NCBI GenBank assembly: GCA_014251975.1
Contig: CP059204.1
Location: forward strand, 300,001-332,000
Origin: Blattabacterium cuenoti
GTDB taxonomy: Bacteria; Bacteroidota; Bacteroidia; Flavobacteriales; Blattabacteriaceae
Length of the DNA stretch: 32,000 bases
Reading direction: 5' to 3'
In this document: in pieces, positions 19,365 to 28,326 of the stretch
Numbering within the stretch: the first letter of the stretch is position 1
Layout: each line of letters opens with the position of its first letter
Notes under the pieces: model-generated
What the model was told of the DNA's origin: nothing
The model's input: only the letters and a program-made list of their open reading frames with translations
Database searches by the model: none
Program-made: the position numbers and the translations under genes

Positions 19365-20744
19365 TTATCTATTCTTTGTCGTCATCATTAATACATCGTA
19401 ATAATTATTCAATAAATGAATATCAACTTGTTGAATTATATCTAAAATAACTCCAACTACAATTAATAAAGATGTTCCACCATAAAATAAAGAAAAATTA
19501 CGAGTTACACCTAATCTAAAAATAATTGATGGTAATATGGCTATAATACCAAGTAAAATAGATCCAGGAATTGTAATATAAAATAAAATTTTATTTATAT
19601 ATTTTGCAGTATCTATCCCAGGTTTTATTTTTGGAATATAACCTCCATTTCTTTTTAAATCATCTGATATATTATTCACTGGGATAGTAATTTTAGTATA
19701 AAAAAAAGTTAAAATTATAACTAATAAAAATATAGTTATATTATAATATAAACCGTAAATATCATGAAAAATATAAAAAAAATTCTTTATTTTATCATTA
19801 TTTATATAATTATAAAAAGTTAATGGGAATAACATAATAGCTTGAGAAAAAATTAAAGGCATTACTCCAGCTGATATCATTTTAAGTGGTATATAATTAT
19901 GATTTTTTTTATAAATTATACTAGTTGTAAGTTTTAAGTTTTTATAATTAGAAACATATTGTAACGGTATTTTTCTAACAGATTGTACTATCATTATAGA
20001 AAAAAAAATTACTAATAACCATAAAATAAATTCAAAAAATAAAATTATTATACCTTTATTACCAATATAAATTTTATCAATTATTTCTTTTGTAATAGCA
20101 TCTGGAAAACGTGCTATTATACCAGACATAATAATTATTGATACACCATTACCAATTCCATTATCAGTAATTTTATCTCCTAACCACATAATAAATAAAG
20201 TTCCAGATGTTAATACAAATACACCTAAAATACAAAAAAATAATTTACCATTAAACGTATTTATATCAAGTAAGTATATTGATTTGTATAAATTAGAAGA
20301 ATAAAATGGCATAAACTTACCAGTTAAAGAAATAAGATATATAGGTGCTTGTATTAAGCAAATACAAATAGTTAATAATCTAGTTATATAATGTATTTGT
20401 TTTTTCCCTGTTTCTCCCTCTTTTTGAAGTTTATTTAAACTAGGAATTATTATACACATTAATTGAACAATAATAGAAGAAGAAATATATGGCATTATTC
20501 CTAATGCAAATATAGATGCTCTATTAAATGCACCCCCAGTAAAAGAAGACAAAATTTGAACTAAACCTTTAGAACCAATATTAAGATTATCTATAAAATT
20601 TTTAATACCTGATGGATTAATACCTGGTATTGGTATATATGCACCAAACCTATAAATTAACAATAACCATAAAGTTGTAAATATTTTTTTTCTTAAATCT
20701 TTAATATTCCATATATTATGAATCTTCTTTAAAAGAAAAATCAT
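19365..20744 (-). CDS. secY: Preprotein translocase subunit SecY
   Basis: 459 aa with a 10-TM-like profile. Conserved segments: GGAFNRASIFALGIMPYISSSIIVQL and LKRNGGYIPKIKPG. Confidence 0.95.
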   Translation of the reverse strand: MIFLLKKIHNIWNIKDLRKKIFTTLWLLLIYRFGAYIPIPGINPSGIKNFIDNLNIGSKGLVQILSSFTGGAFNRASIFALGIMPYISSSIIVQLMCIIIPSLNKLQKEGETGKKQIHYITRLLTICICLIQAPIYLISLTGKFMPFYSSNLYKSIYLLDINTFNGKLFFCILGVFVLTSGTLFIMWLGDKITDNGIGNGVSIIIMSGIIARFPDAITKEIIDKIYIGNKGIIILFFEFILWLLVIFFSIMIVQSVRKIPLQYVSNYKNLKLTTSIIYKKNHNYIPLKMISAGVMPLIFSQAIMLFPLTFYNYINNDKIKNFFYIFHDIYGLYYNITIFLLVIILTFFYTKITIPVNNISDDLKRNGGYIPKIKPGIDTAKYINKILFYITIPGSILLGIIAILPSIIFRLGVTRNFSLFYGGTSLLIVVGVILDIIQQVDIHLLNNYYDVLMMTTKNR

Positions 20745-20751
20745 AATAAAA

Positions 20752-21246
20752 TTATTCTAAAAAAAATTTCCCACCAATTTTTTTTATATGCTTCAATGCG
20801 CTTTTACTAAATTTATTTGCATATATAGTTATAGGCGTTTTTAATTTACCTCTACCTAAAATTTTTAGTAAAATATTTTTTTTAAAATTTTTCCTAAATA
20901 AATTTTTTTTGTTAATAATTTTTTTCCCGTCAATTCTTTTTTTGTCTATATAATTTTGAATAGTATCTAAATTAATAAATATTTTTTTTATTTTTGATAT
21001 TCTATTGAAACCAAATTTAGGTATTCTTCTATGTAGAGGCATTTGCCCTCCTTCAAATCCTATTTTTTTAGAATATCCAGATCTAGATTTAGCACCTTTA
21101 TGTCCTCTACCACAGGTACCACCTTTTCCTGATCCTTGCCCTCTTCCCAAACGAATTTTGTTTTTTTTATTGTATGATTTTAAAGGTATTAAATTTTTTT
21201 TAAAAAAATAAGATATTTTTGATTTATTACTTTTATTATTATCCAT
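20752..21246 (-). CDS. rplO: 50S ribosomal protein L15. The ATG at 21246 overlaps the rpsE stop by 8 nt; the 21297 start in the ORF track is unlikely.
   Basis: Gly-rich L15 signature [26 protein letters not shown]...[17 protein letters not shown]. Confidence 0.93.
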   Translation of the reverse strand: MDNNKSNKSKISYFFKKNLIPLKSYNKKNKIRLGRGQGSGKGGTCGRGHKGAKSRSGYSKKIGFEGGQMPLHRRIPKFGFNRISKIKKIFINLDTIQNYIDKKRIDGKKIINKKNLFRKNFKKNILLKILGRGKLKTPITIYANKFSKSALKHIKKIGGKFFLE

Positions 21247-21748
21247 TATATACTTGTCTAATAGAAATTCCTCTTTGTTTTGAAATAATATTTGCATCCC
21301 TTATTTTACTAAGTGCTTTTATAGTCGCTTTAATAACATTATGATGATTAGATGATCCTTTTGATTTAGATAGCACATTTCTTAATCCTGAAACCTCTAA
21401 AACAGCTTTTAAAGCACCACCTGCTATAATACCAGTGCCATCAGATGCAGGTTTTATTAATACTCTAGCCCCTCTATATTTAGCTTCTTGTTTATGAGGT
21501 ATAGTACCATTATATACACATACTTTGTATAAATTTCTTCTAGCTATATCTCCTGCTTTTTTTATAGCTTCAGCTGCTTCTTTAGATTTACCAAATCCAT
21601 ATCCAACATATCCACTACTATTACCTTTTATTACAATAGCACTAAAACTAAAATATCTTCTACCCTTTGTAACTTTACATACCCTATTTACTCCTATTAA
21701 TTTTTCTTTTAACTCTAATTCTGAATATTTTATGTTTCGTTCTTTCAT
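21239..21748 (-). CDS. rpsE: 30S ribosomal protein S5
   Basis: [39 protein letters not shown] and [18 protein letters not shown]. Confidence 0.97.
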   Translation of the reverse strand: MKERNIKYSELELKEKLIGVNRVCKVTKGRRYFSFSAIVIKGNSSGYVGYGFGKSKEAAEAIKKAGDIARRNLYKVCVYNGTIPHKQEAKYRGARVLIKPASDGTGIIAGGALKAVLEVSGLRNVLSKSKGSSNHHNVIKATIKALSKIRDANIISKQRGISIRQVYNG

Positions 21749-21758
21749 ATTTATATTT

Positions 21759-22091
21759 CTATAATTTTATACCAGATTTTCTTATTCCTTCAATTAAAAA
21801 TTTTATTCTTCCATGATATAAATAATTTTTTTTATCAAAAACTAATTTTTTTATATTTATTTTTTTAGCTTTAATACCTAATAATTTTCCAACTTCATAA
21901 GATAATTCCATTTTCTTTTTTTTTTTATTTTTTAATTCTAAAATAATTTTATCACTAACTGATGAAGAAGATACTAATGTTTTATTTAATGTATCATCTA
22001 TTATTTGAGCATATATTTCTTTATTACTTTTAAAAATAGATACTCTAGGACGACTTGACTTTCCAAAAATTTTTCTATTGTATTGTTTCAT
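21759..22091 (-). CDS. rplR: 50S ribosomal protein L18 (intact copy; start taken at the ATG at 22091)
   Basis: MKQYNRKIFGKSSRPRVSIFKSNKEIYAQIIDD...YHGRIKFLIEGIRKSGI is typical of L18. The 22136 start would overlap rplF. Confidence 0.93.
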   Translation of the reverse strand: MKQYNRKIFGKSSRPRVSIFKSNKEIYAQIIDDTLNKTLVSSSSVSDKIILELKNKKKKKMELSYEVGKLLGIKAKKINIKKLVFDKKNYLYHGRIKFLIEGIRKSGIKL

Positions 22092-22095
22092 ATTA

Positions 22096-22641
22096 TTAAA
22101 CAGATTTACCAGTTTTTCTTCTAACTTCTTCACCAAAATATCTAACTCCCTTACCTTTATAAGGCTCGGGTTTCCTGAATGATCTTATCTTAGCTGAAAA
22201 AATACCTAATAGTTGTTTATTGTAAGAAGATAAAATTATTATAGTATTGTTACCTTTTGTAGATTGTATTTTTATTATAATTTCTTTTGGTACTTGAATA
22301 AATATATCATGAGAAAACCCTAAACTTAAACTTAATATATATTTATCTATAAAAACAGCTTTATATCCTATTCCAATTAATTCTAATTTTTTTTCAAAAC
22401 CTATACTAACTCCAATTATCATATTATTAATTAATACTCTATAAAGTCCATGTAAAGATTTAGAAATTTTACTATTTTCTTTTCTTCTTATAAATAAATG
22501 ATCATCAGTAATTTTTAAATTTATATTTTTAAATTTTTGATTTAAAATTCCTAAAGTTCCTTTTACTATAATTTCATCATTAATAATTTTTATATATACA
22601 TTTTTAGGAATAAAAATAGGTTTTTTACCAATTCTTGACAT
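22096..22641 (-). CDS. rplF: 50S ribosomal protein L6 (duplication copy 1)
   Basis: MSRIGKKPIFIPKNV...KGTLG...; C-terminal PEPYKGKGVRYFGEEVRRKTGKS. Confidence 0.96.
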   Translation of the reverse strand: MSRIGKKPIFIPKNVYIKIINDEIIVKGTLGILNQKFKNINLKITDDHLFIRRKENSKISKSLHGLYRVLINNMIIGVSIGFEKKLELIGIGYKAVFIDKYILSLSLGFSHDIFIQVPKEIIIKIQSTKGNNTIIILSSYNKQLLGIFSAKIRSFRKPEPYKGKGVRYFGEEVRRKTGKSV

Positions 22642-22652
22642 AAACTATATTT

Positions 22653-23042
22653 TTAAAAAATATAACATAAAATCTCTCCACCTATTTTTTTTTTCTTAGC
22701 CTGTTTATCGGTAATCAAACCATTAGAGGTAGATATAATTGCTATACCTAAACCATTTAATACTTTAGGAATATCTTTATATTTACAATATTTTCTTAAT
22801 CCAGGTTTACTAATTCTTATAATTTTATGAATTACTGGAATATTTTTTTTATAATATTTTAATGCTATTTTCAAAATATTTTTAGATTTTTCTATTTTAT
22901 AGTCTAAAATATATCCATTTTTTAATAAAACTTCAGATATTTTTTGTTTAATATTAGAATATTTAACTTTTATAATATTATGATTTGATAATCCAGCATT
23001 TCTAATTATAGTTAAAAAATCAGCAATTGTATCCATCACCAA
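22653..23042 (-). CDS. rpsH: 30S ribosomal protein S8 (duplication copy 1)
   Basis: [18 protein letters not shown]...; C-terminal [33 protein letters not shown]. Confidence 0.96.
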   Translation of the reverse strand: MVMDTIADFLTIIRNAGLSNHNIIKVKYSNIKQKISEVLLKNGYILDYKIEKSKNILKIALKYYKKNIPVIHKIIRISKPGLRKYCKYKDIPKVLNGLGIAIISTSNGLITDKQAKKKKIGGEILCYIF

Positions 23043-23305
23043 CTAGCTTTTTTTACTCCAGGGATCAATCCTTGAGATACTAAATTTCTAAAAACAATCC
23101 TTGATACCCCAAATTTTCTCATATACCCTCTAGCTCTACCAGTAATAGAGCATCTATTTTTTAAACGCACAGGACACGCATCTTTAGGAAGTTTTTGCAA
23201 TAAATCATAATTTTTATTTTTTTTTAAAAGCTCCCTTTTTTTAGCATATTTCATAACTATTTTTTCTCTTTTTCGTTGTCTTGCTATTACAGATTTTTTG
23301 GCCAT
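23036..23305 (-). CDS. rpsN: 30S ribosomal protein S14, long 89-aa form (duplication copy 1)
   Basis: [17 protein letters not shown]...[27 protein letters not shown]...KASW. Confidence 0.96.
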   Translation of the reverse strand: MAKKSVIARQRKREKIVMKYAKKRELLKKNKNYDLLQKLPKDACPVRLKNRCSITGRARGYMRKFGVSRIVFRNLVSQGLIPGVKKASW

Positions 23306-23309
23306 ATTT

Positions 23310-23864
23310 TTATTTTTTTATAAAAGGAATACCTAAAAAAGATAAAAGACTTTTAGCTACTATATCTTTTTTAGTAGAAGTTACAAATGTAACGTTCATT
23401 CCAATACTTTTTCTTATTTGATCAATATTTATTTCTGGATAAATTATTTGCTCAACAATACCTAAATTATAATTTCCATATCCGTCAAAACTTTTATCAG
23501 ATAAACCATTAAAATCTCTTATTCTTGGGATAGAAATAAAAATAAGTCTTTCTAAAAATTCATACATTATTTTCCTACGTAAAGTTACTTTTACACCTAT
23601 TGGCATGCCCTTTCTTAATTTAAATCCAGAGACATCATGTTTGGAATAACAAAAAACTGCTTTTTGCCCAGTTATATTGCTAATTTCCTTTATAGAAAAG
23701 TCTAATATTTTTTTATCAGAAATAGCAATACCAACACCTTGATGAACTACTATTTTTTTTAATCTAGGGACTTGCATTATTGATGTGTAATTATATTTTT
23801 TCAATAAATCATGTACTATTTTGTTATTATATAATTTTTCTAGTTTTGGTTGATAATAAATCAT
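23310..23864 (-). CDS. rplE: 50S ribosomal protein L5 (duplication copy 1)
   Basis: [20 protein letters not shown]...[29 protein letters not shown]. Confidence 0.96.
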   Translation of the reverse strand: MIYYQPKLEKLYNNKIVHDLLKKYNYTSIMQVPRLKKIVVHQGVGIAISDKKILDFSIKEISNITGQKAVFCYSKHDVSGFKLRKGMPIGVKVTLRRKIMYEFLERLIFISIPRIRDFNGLSDKSFDGYGNYNLGIVEQIIYPEINIDQIRKSIGMNVTFVTSTKKDIVAKSLLSFLGIPFIKK

Positions 23865-23871
23865 TATTTAA

Positions 23872-24059
23872 TTATATTTTATCTTTTCTTTTATCTTTAG
23901 ATAAAGATTCTATTTTATCTTCTATTTTATCTTTAGATAAAGATTCTATTTTATCTTCTATTTTATCTTTAGATAAAGATCCTATTTTATCTTTTCTTTT
24001 ATCTTTAGATAAAGATCCTATTTTATCTTTTCTTTTATCTTTAGATAAAGATCCTATTT
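23872..24059 (-). pseudogene. rplX: 3' fragment of rplX (last 62 codons plus stop). It consists only of the repeat tail and has no start codon.
   Basis: Matches 25873-26060 of the full rplX except for one base. The frame is open only from 24075, with no ATG/GTG/TTG. It encodes ...[62 protein letters not shown]. Confidence 0.85.
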
Positions 24060-24092
24060 CTTTCCAAAAATTTTTCTATTGTATTGTTTCAT
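24054..24092 (-). pseudogene. rplR: 5' stub of rplR: 11 native codons, then K and a stop
   Basis: Hand translation gives MKQYNRKIFGKK*. The first 33 nt are identical to 22059-22091 of the intact rplR. A TAG at 24054-24056 lies just across the duplication junction. Confidence 0.85.
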
Positions 24093-24096
24093 ATTA

Positions 24097-24642
24097 TTAA
24101 ACAGATTTACCAGTTTTTCTTCTAACTTCTTCACCAAAATATCTAACTCCCTTACCTTTATAAGGCTCGGGTTTCCTGAATGATCTTATCTTAGCTGAAA
24201 AAATACCTAATAGTTGTTTATTGTAAGAAGATAAAATTATTATAGTATTGTTACCTTTTGTAGATTGTATTTTTATTATAATTTCTTTTGGTACTTGAAT
24301 AAATATATCATGAGAAAACCCTAAACTTAAACTTAATATATATTTATCTATAAAAACAGCTTTATATCCTATTCCAATTAATTCTAATTTTTTTTCAAAA
24401 CCTATACTAACTCCAATTATCATATTATTAATTAATACTCTATAAAGTCCATGTAAAGATTTAGAAATTTTACTATTTTCTTTTCTTCTTATAAATAAAT
24501 GATCATCAGTAATTTTTAAATTTATATTTTTAAATTTTTGATTTAAAATTCCTAAAGTTCCTTTTACTATAATTTCATCATTAATAATTTTTATATATAC
24601 ATTTTTAGGAATAAAAATAGGTTTTTTACCAATTCTTGACAT
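24097..24642 (-). CDS. rplF: 50S ribosomal protein L6 (duplication copy 2, identical to copy 1)
   Basis: The 181-aa translation is letter-for-letter identical to 22096..22641. Confidence 0.96.
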   Translation of the reverse strand: MSRIGKKPIFIPKNVYIKIINDEIIVKGTLGILNQKFKNINLKITDDHLFIRRKENSKISKSLHGLYRVLINNMIIGVSIGFEKKLELIGIGYKAVFIDKYILSLSLGFSHDIFIQVPKEIIIKIQSTKGNNTIIILSSYNKQLLGIFSAKIRSFRKPEPYKGKGVRYFGEEVRRKTGKSV

Positions 24643-24653
24643 AAACTATATTT

Positions 24654-25043
24654 TTAAAAAATATAACATAAAATCTCTCCACCTATTTTTTTTTTCTTAG
24701 CCTGTTTATCGGTAATCAAACCATTAGAGGTAGATATAATTGCTATACCTAAACCATTTAATACTTTAGGAATATCTTTATATTTACAATATTTTCTTAA
24801 TCCAGGTTTACTAATTCTTATAATTTTATGAATTACTGGAATATTTTTTTTATAATATTTTAATGCTATTTTCAAAATATTTTTAGATTTTTCTATTTTA
24901 TAGTCTAAAATATATCCATTTTTTAATAAAACTTCAGATATTTTTTGTTTAATATTAGAATATTTAACTTTTATAATATTATGATTTGATAATCCAGCAT
25001 TTCTAATTATAGTTAAAAAATCAGCAATTGTATCCATCACCAA
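24654..25043 (-). CDS. rpsH: 30S ribosomal protein S8 (duplication copy 2)
   Basis: The 129-aa translation is identical to 22653..23042. Confidence 0.96.
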   Translation of the reverse strand: MVMDTIADFLTIIRNAGLSNHNIIKVKYSNIKQKISEVLLKNGYILDYKIEKSKNILKIALKYYKKNIPVIHKIIRISKPGLRKYCKYKDIPKVLNGLGIAIISTSNGLITDKQAKKKKIGGEILCYIF

Positions 25044-25306
25044 CTAGCTTTTTTTACTCCAGGGATCAATCCTTGAGATACTAAATTTCTAAAAACAATC
25101 CTTGATACCCCAAATTTTCTCATATACCCTCTAGCTCTACCAGTAATAGAGCATCTATTTTTTAAACGCACAGGACACGCATCTTTAGGAAGTTTTTGCA
25201 ATAAATCATAATTTTTATTTTTTTTTAAAAGCTCCCTTTTTTTAGCATATTTCATAACTATTTTTTCTCTTTTTCGTTGTCTTGCTATTACAGATTTTTT
25301 GGCCAT
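25037..25306 (-). CDS. rpsN: 30S ribosomal protein S14 (duplication copy 2)
   Basis: The 89-aa translation is identical to 23036..23305. Confidence 0.96.
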   Translation of the reverse strand: MAKKSVIARQRKREKIVMKYAKKRELLKKNKNYDLLQKLPKDACPVRLKNRCSITGRARGYMRKFGVSRIVFRNLVSQGLIPGVKKASW

Positions 25307-25310
25307 ATTT

Positions 25311-25865
25311 TTATTTTTTTATAAAAGGAATACCTAAAAAAGATAAAAGACTTTTAGCTACTATATCTTTTTTAGTAGAAGTTACAAATGTAACGTTCAT
25401 TCCAATACTTTTTCTTATTTGATCAATATTTATTTCTGGATAAATTATTTGCTCAACAATACCTAAATTATAATTTCCATATCCGTCAAAACTTTTATCA
25501 GATAAACCATTAAAATCTCTTATTCTTGGGATAGAAATAAAAATAAGTCTTTCTAAAAATTCATACATTATTTTCCTACGTAAAGTTACTTTTACACCTA
25601 TTGGCATGCCCTTTCTTAATTTAAATCCAGAGACATCATGTTTGGAATAACAAAAAACTGCTTTTTGCCCAGTTATATTGCTAATTTCCTTTATAGAAAA
25701 GTCTAATATTTTTTTATCAGAAATAGCAATACCAACACCTTGATGAACTACTATTTTTTTTAATCTAGGGACTTGCATTATTGATGTGTAATTATATTTT
25801 TTCAATAAATCATGTACTATTTTGTTATTATATAATTTTTCTAGTTTTGGTTGATAATAAATCAT
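25311..25865 (-). CDS. rplE: 50S ribosomal protein L5 (duplication copy 2)
   Basis: The 184-aa translation is identical to 23310..23864. Confidence 0.96.
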   Translation of the reverse strand: MIYYQPKLEKLYNNKIVHDLLKKYNYTSIMQVPRLKKIVVHQGVGIAISDKKILDFSIKEISNITGQKAVFCYSKHDVSGFKLRKGMPIGVKVTLRRKIMYEFLERLIFISIPRIRDFNGLSDKSFDGYGNYNLGIVEQIIYPEINIDQIRKSIGMNVTFVTSTKKDIVAKSLLSFLGIPFIKK

Positions 25866-25872
25866 TATTTAA

Positions 25873-26343
25873 TTATATTTTATCTTTTCTTTTATCTTTA
25901 GATAAAGATTCTATTTTATCTTCTATTTTATCTTTAGATAAAGATTCTATTTTATCTTCTATTTTATCTTTAGATAAAGATCCTATTTTATCTTTTCTTT
26001 TATCTTTAGATAAAGATCCTATTTTATCTTTTCTTTTATCTTTAGATAAAGATTCTATTTTATCTTCTATTTTATCTTTAGATAAAGATCCTATTTTATA
26101 TTCTATTTTTTTAGATAAAGATTCTGATATTTTTTTTAAATTAGAAATATGTATTGGTGATTCTATTTCTACAATTTTACCTTTAGTATTTTGTTTATTC
26201 GGTTTAATATGTTTTATACAAACATTTATTCCACTAACTATTACTTTATTTTTTTTTCTTATAATTTTTTTTATAACACCCTTAATCCCCTTGTAATTTC
26301 CAGATAAAACTATAACTTTATCATTAACTTTTAATTTATTCAT
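25873..26343 (-). CDS. rplX: 50S ribosomal protein L24 with a repeat-built C-terminal extension of about 85 aa (156 aa total)
   Basis: N-terminal KOW region [24 protein letters not shown] and core ...[16 protein letters not shown]. About seven 12-aa units SLSKDK[IE/RK]DKI[E/G] follow. The ATGA overlap with the rplN stop is present. Confidence 0.93.
   Translation of the reverse strand: MNKLKVNDKVIVLSGNYKGIKGVIKKIIRKKNKVIVSGINVCIKHIKPNKQNTKGKIVEIESPIHISNLKKISESLSKKIEYKIGSLSKDKIEDKIESLSKDKRKDKIGSLSKDKRKDKIGSLSKDKIEDKIESLSKDKIEDKIESLSKDKRKDKI
25876..26119 (-). repeat. In-frame 36-bp tandem repeat array in the 3' part of rplX: five full units in two sequence types, one degenerate 33-nt unit, and one partial terminal unit
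   Basis: Units start at 25907, 25943, 25979, 26015, 26051 and 26087. Type A is gattctattttatcttctattttatctttagataaa (U1, U2, U5). Type B is gatcctattttatcttttcttttatctttagataaa (U3, U4). The types differ at 3 of 36 positions, and units of the same type are identical. Confidence 0.9.
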
Positions 26344-26717
26344 AATACTTCTTGTGCTAAAGAAATAATTTTCATATATTTTTTTTCTCTAAGTTCTCTA
26401 GCTACTGGGCCAAATACTCTTGTACCTATTATTTCTCCAGAAGGATTAATTAATACACATGCATTATCATCAAAACTAATATAAGATCCATCTTTTCTTT
26501 TCATTTTACTTTTAGTTCTAATAATTACTGCTTTATAAATTTTTCCCTTTTTAATATCACTAATACTGGATACAGGAATGGCAGATTTTATGGTAATTAT
26601 CACAGAATCTCCTAATAATGCATATCTTTTACCTGTACCACCCAAAACACGTATAATTAGCGCAATTTTTGCACCAGTATTATCCGATACTTTACAAATA
26701 GATTCTTGTTGTAACAT
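26340..26717 (-). CDS. rplN: 50S ribosomal protein L14
   Basis: [17 protein letters not shown]...[36 protein letters not shown]. Confidence 0.97.
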   Translation of the reverse strand: MLQQESICKVSDNTGAKIALIIRVLGGTGKRYALLGDSVIITIKSAIPVSSISDIKKGKIYKAVIIRTKSKMKRKDGSYISFDDNACVLINPSGEIIGTRVFGPVARELREKKYMKIISLAQEVL

Positions 26718-26727
26718 AAATTAAAAA

Positions 26728-26994
26728 TTACTTATTAATTATACCAATTAATCTCCAACATTTATTTTTACTAATAGGTCTAGTTTCCATAATGTTTACT
26801 TTATCACCTTTTTTAGAAATATTTTTTTCATCATGAACAAAATATTTTTTTTTTTTTAAAATTCTTTTTCCATAATATTTATGTTTAACAATTCTTGTTT
26901 CATAAACAATAACAGTTTTATTCATTTTATTGCTAATTACAATACCCATTTTTTTTTTCCTATTCCTAATATTTTGTTTATTTAAAGATTTCAT
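26728..26994 (-). CDS. rpsQ: 30S ribosomal protein S17
   Basis: GIVISNKMNKTVIV...KKYFVHDEKN.SKKGDKVNIMETRPISKNKCWRLI. Confidence 0.95.
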   Translation of the reverse strand: MKSLNKQNIRNRKKKMGIVISNKMNKTVIVYETRIVKHKYYGKRILKKKKYFVHDEKNISKKGDKVNIMETRPISKNKCWRLIGIINK

Positions 26995-26995
26995 T

Positions 26996-27211
26996 TCATT
27001 TATTGTTTTTAATTAAAATCAATTTATCATTTAAAATAGTTTTTAATCTAGCAATATTTCTTCTAATAATTCTAATTTTCATAGTATTCTTTTGCATCTT
27101 TACATAATTATTAAATTTTATCTTTTTATAAATTTTTTTATTAATATCAATTTCATTATATAATTTATCTAAAGAATCTAAAGAATTACTATAATATTTA
27201 TCTTTTTTCAT
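26996..27211 (-). CDS. rpmC: 50S ribosomal protein L29
   Basis: 71 aa and helical, with ...IRIIRRNIARLKTIL.... Canonical position between rplP and rpsQ. Confidence 0.85.
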   Translation of the reverse strand: MKKDKYYSNSLDSLDKLYNEIDINKKIYKKIKFNNYVKMQKNTMKIRIIRRNIARLKTILNDKLILIKNNK

Positions 27212-27216
27212 AAATT

Positions 27217-27621
27217 TTAAGAAAAAATAAATTTCATTTTTATAGGTAATTTTTGAGCTGCTAATCTTAACGCTTCTTTAGCTATTTTAAAATCTACACC
27301 ATCAATTTCAAATAAAATTCTACCAGGTTTAACAACTGATACCCAAAATTCTACGGGGCCTTTACCTTTCCCCATACGAACTTCTTGTGGCTTTTTTGTA
27401 GCTGGTTTATCTGGAAAAATATTAATCCATAATCTACCCTCTCTTTTCATATACCTAGTAGCAGCTACTCTAGCTGACTCTATTTGTCTTGAAGATATCC
27501 ATGAAGCTTGTAAAGCTTTTATACCATATTTACCTCTAGACAGTAATAAACCTTTTTTAGAAAATCCTTTAATTCTTCCTTTTTGTTTTTTTTTATACTT
27601 AGTTCTTTTTGGTTGTAACAT
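27217..27621 (-). CDS. rplP: 50S ribosomal protein L16
   Basis: [19 protein letters not shown]...[41 protein letters not shown]. Confidence 0.97.
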   Translation of the reverse strand: MLQPKRTKYKKKQKGRIKGFSKKGLLLSRGKYGIKALQASWISSRQIESARVAATRYMKREGRLWINIFPDKPATKKPQEVRMGKGKGPVEFWVSVVKPGRILFEIDGVDFKIAKEALRLAAQKLPIKMKFIFS

Positions 27622-27627
27622 AATATA

Positions 27628-28326
27628 TTAATTTTGCCTTTTTTTAAAAGAAATTTTTCTTTTTCTTTTATAAGTAGATTTTCCTAATAAAGGGTATAAA
27701 TTTTTTTTACCATATATTTCTCCTTTCATAATCCATACTTTAACACCTATACTTCCATAAGCGGTATTAGCTACTTCCATATGATAATCAACATCAGCAC
27801 GAAAAGTACCTAAAGATATTCTACCTTCTTTATATGTTTCTCTTCTTGCCATTTCTGATCCATTCAATCTACCAGATATTTGTATTTTTATTCCTTGTGC
27901 ATTCATTCTCATAGCAGACATTAAAGATATTTTAATAAGTTTTTTATAAGATGATCTATTTTCAATTTGTCTAACTAATCCTTTAGAAACTAATGCTGCA
28001 TCTAATTCTGAACGTTTTACTTCAGAAATATTAATTTGTATTTCTTTTTTAGTAATTTTCTTTAATTCTTTTCTAATAGTTTCTACTTCATCTCCACCCT
28101 TCCCTATTGCTAAAGCTGGTCTAGATGTTCTAATAGTTATAGTAATAAACTTTAGAGTTCTTTCTATAAAAATACGAGAGACTATTCCTTTAGGTAATCT
28201 AGCATTAATATATCTTCTTACTTTAAAATCCTCTTTTATTCTATCTTTATAATTATTACACCAACTTGATAGCCATCCAGTAATTATTCCTAACCTATTA
28301 ATTATAGGATTTGTTTTTTGTCCCAT
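27628..28326 (-). CDS. rpsC: 30S ribosomal protein S3
   Basis: [14 protein letters not shown]...; KH domain ...[18 protein letters not shown]...; [30 protein letters not shown]. Confidence 0.97.
   Translation of the reverse strand: MGQKTNPIINRLGIITGWLSSWCNNYKDRIKEDFKVRRYINARLPKGIVSRIFIERTLKFITITIRTSRPALAIGKGGDEVETIRKELKKITKKEIQINISEVKRSELDAALVSKGLVRQIENRSSYKKLIKISLMSAMRMNAQGIKIQISGRLNGSEMARRETYKEGRISLGTFRADVDYHMEVANTAYGSIGVKVWIMKGEIYGKKNLYPLLGKSTYKRKRKISFKKRQN

Larger units (their letters stand above)
22059..24059. repeat. Tandem segmental duplication, unit 1 (2,001 bp)
   Basis: Same sequence as 24060-26060 at a constant offset of 2001. Four identical ORF translations. Every DNA line I compared, including the intergenic spacers, matched. 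The only difference I found is C24053 versus T26054. Confidence 0.93.
24060..26060. repeat. Tandem segmental duplication, unit 2 (2,001 bp)
   Basis: See unit 1. Similarity begins at ctttccaaaaa (22059 / 24060); the preceding bases differ (a versus t). Confidence 0.93.

Noticed and set aside
23780-24100. Plus-strand ORFs of 106 aa (23780-24100) and 171 aa (25781-26296) with LSLDKD[SP]ILS repeats
   Set aside because: They are the antisense reading of the rplE 5' end and the rplX 36-bp repeat array. The repeat happens to be stop-free on the opposite strand. There is no independent coding signal, and they fully overlap well-supported minus-strand genes.
22059-26060. Possibility that the 2-kb repeat is a mobile element or IS-mediated duplication
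   Set aside because: The unit contains only r-protein genes. I recognised no transposase, no terminal inverted repeats, and no target-site duplication at 22059, 24060 or 26060.
25876-26119. A regular 36-bp repeat array that superficially resembles a CRISPR array
   Set aside because: Units are directly adjacent with no spacers. They are in-frame inside rplX and translate to a periodic peptide. No cas genes or leader are present.
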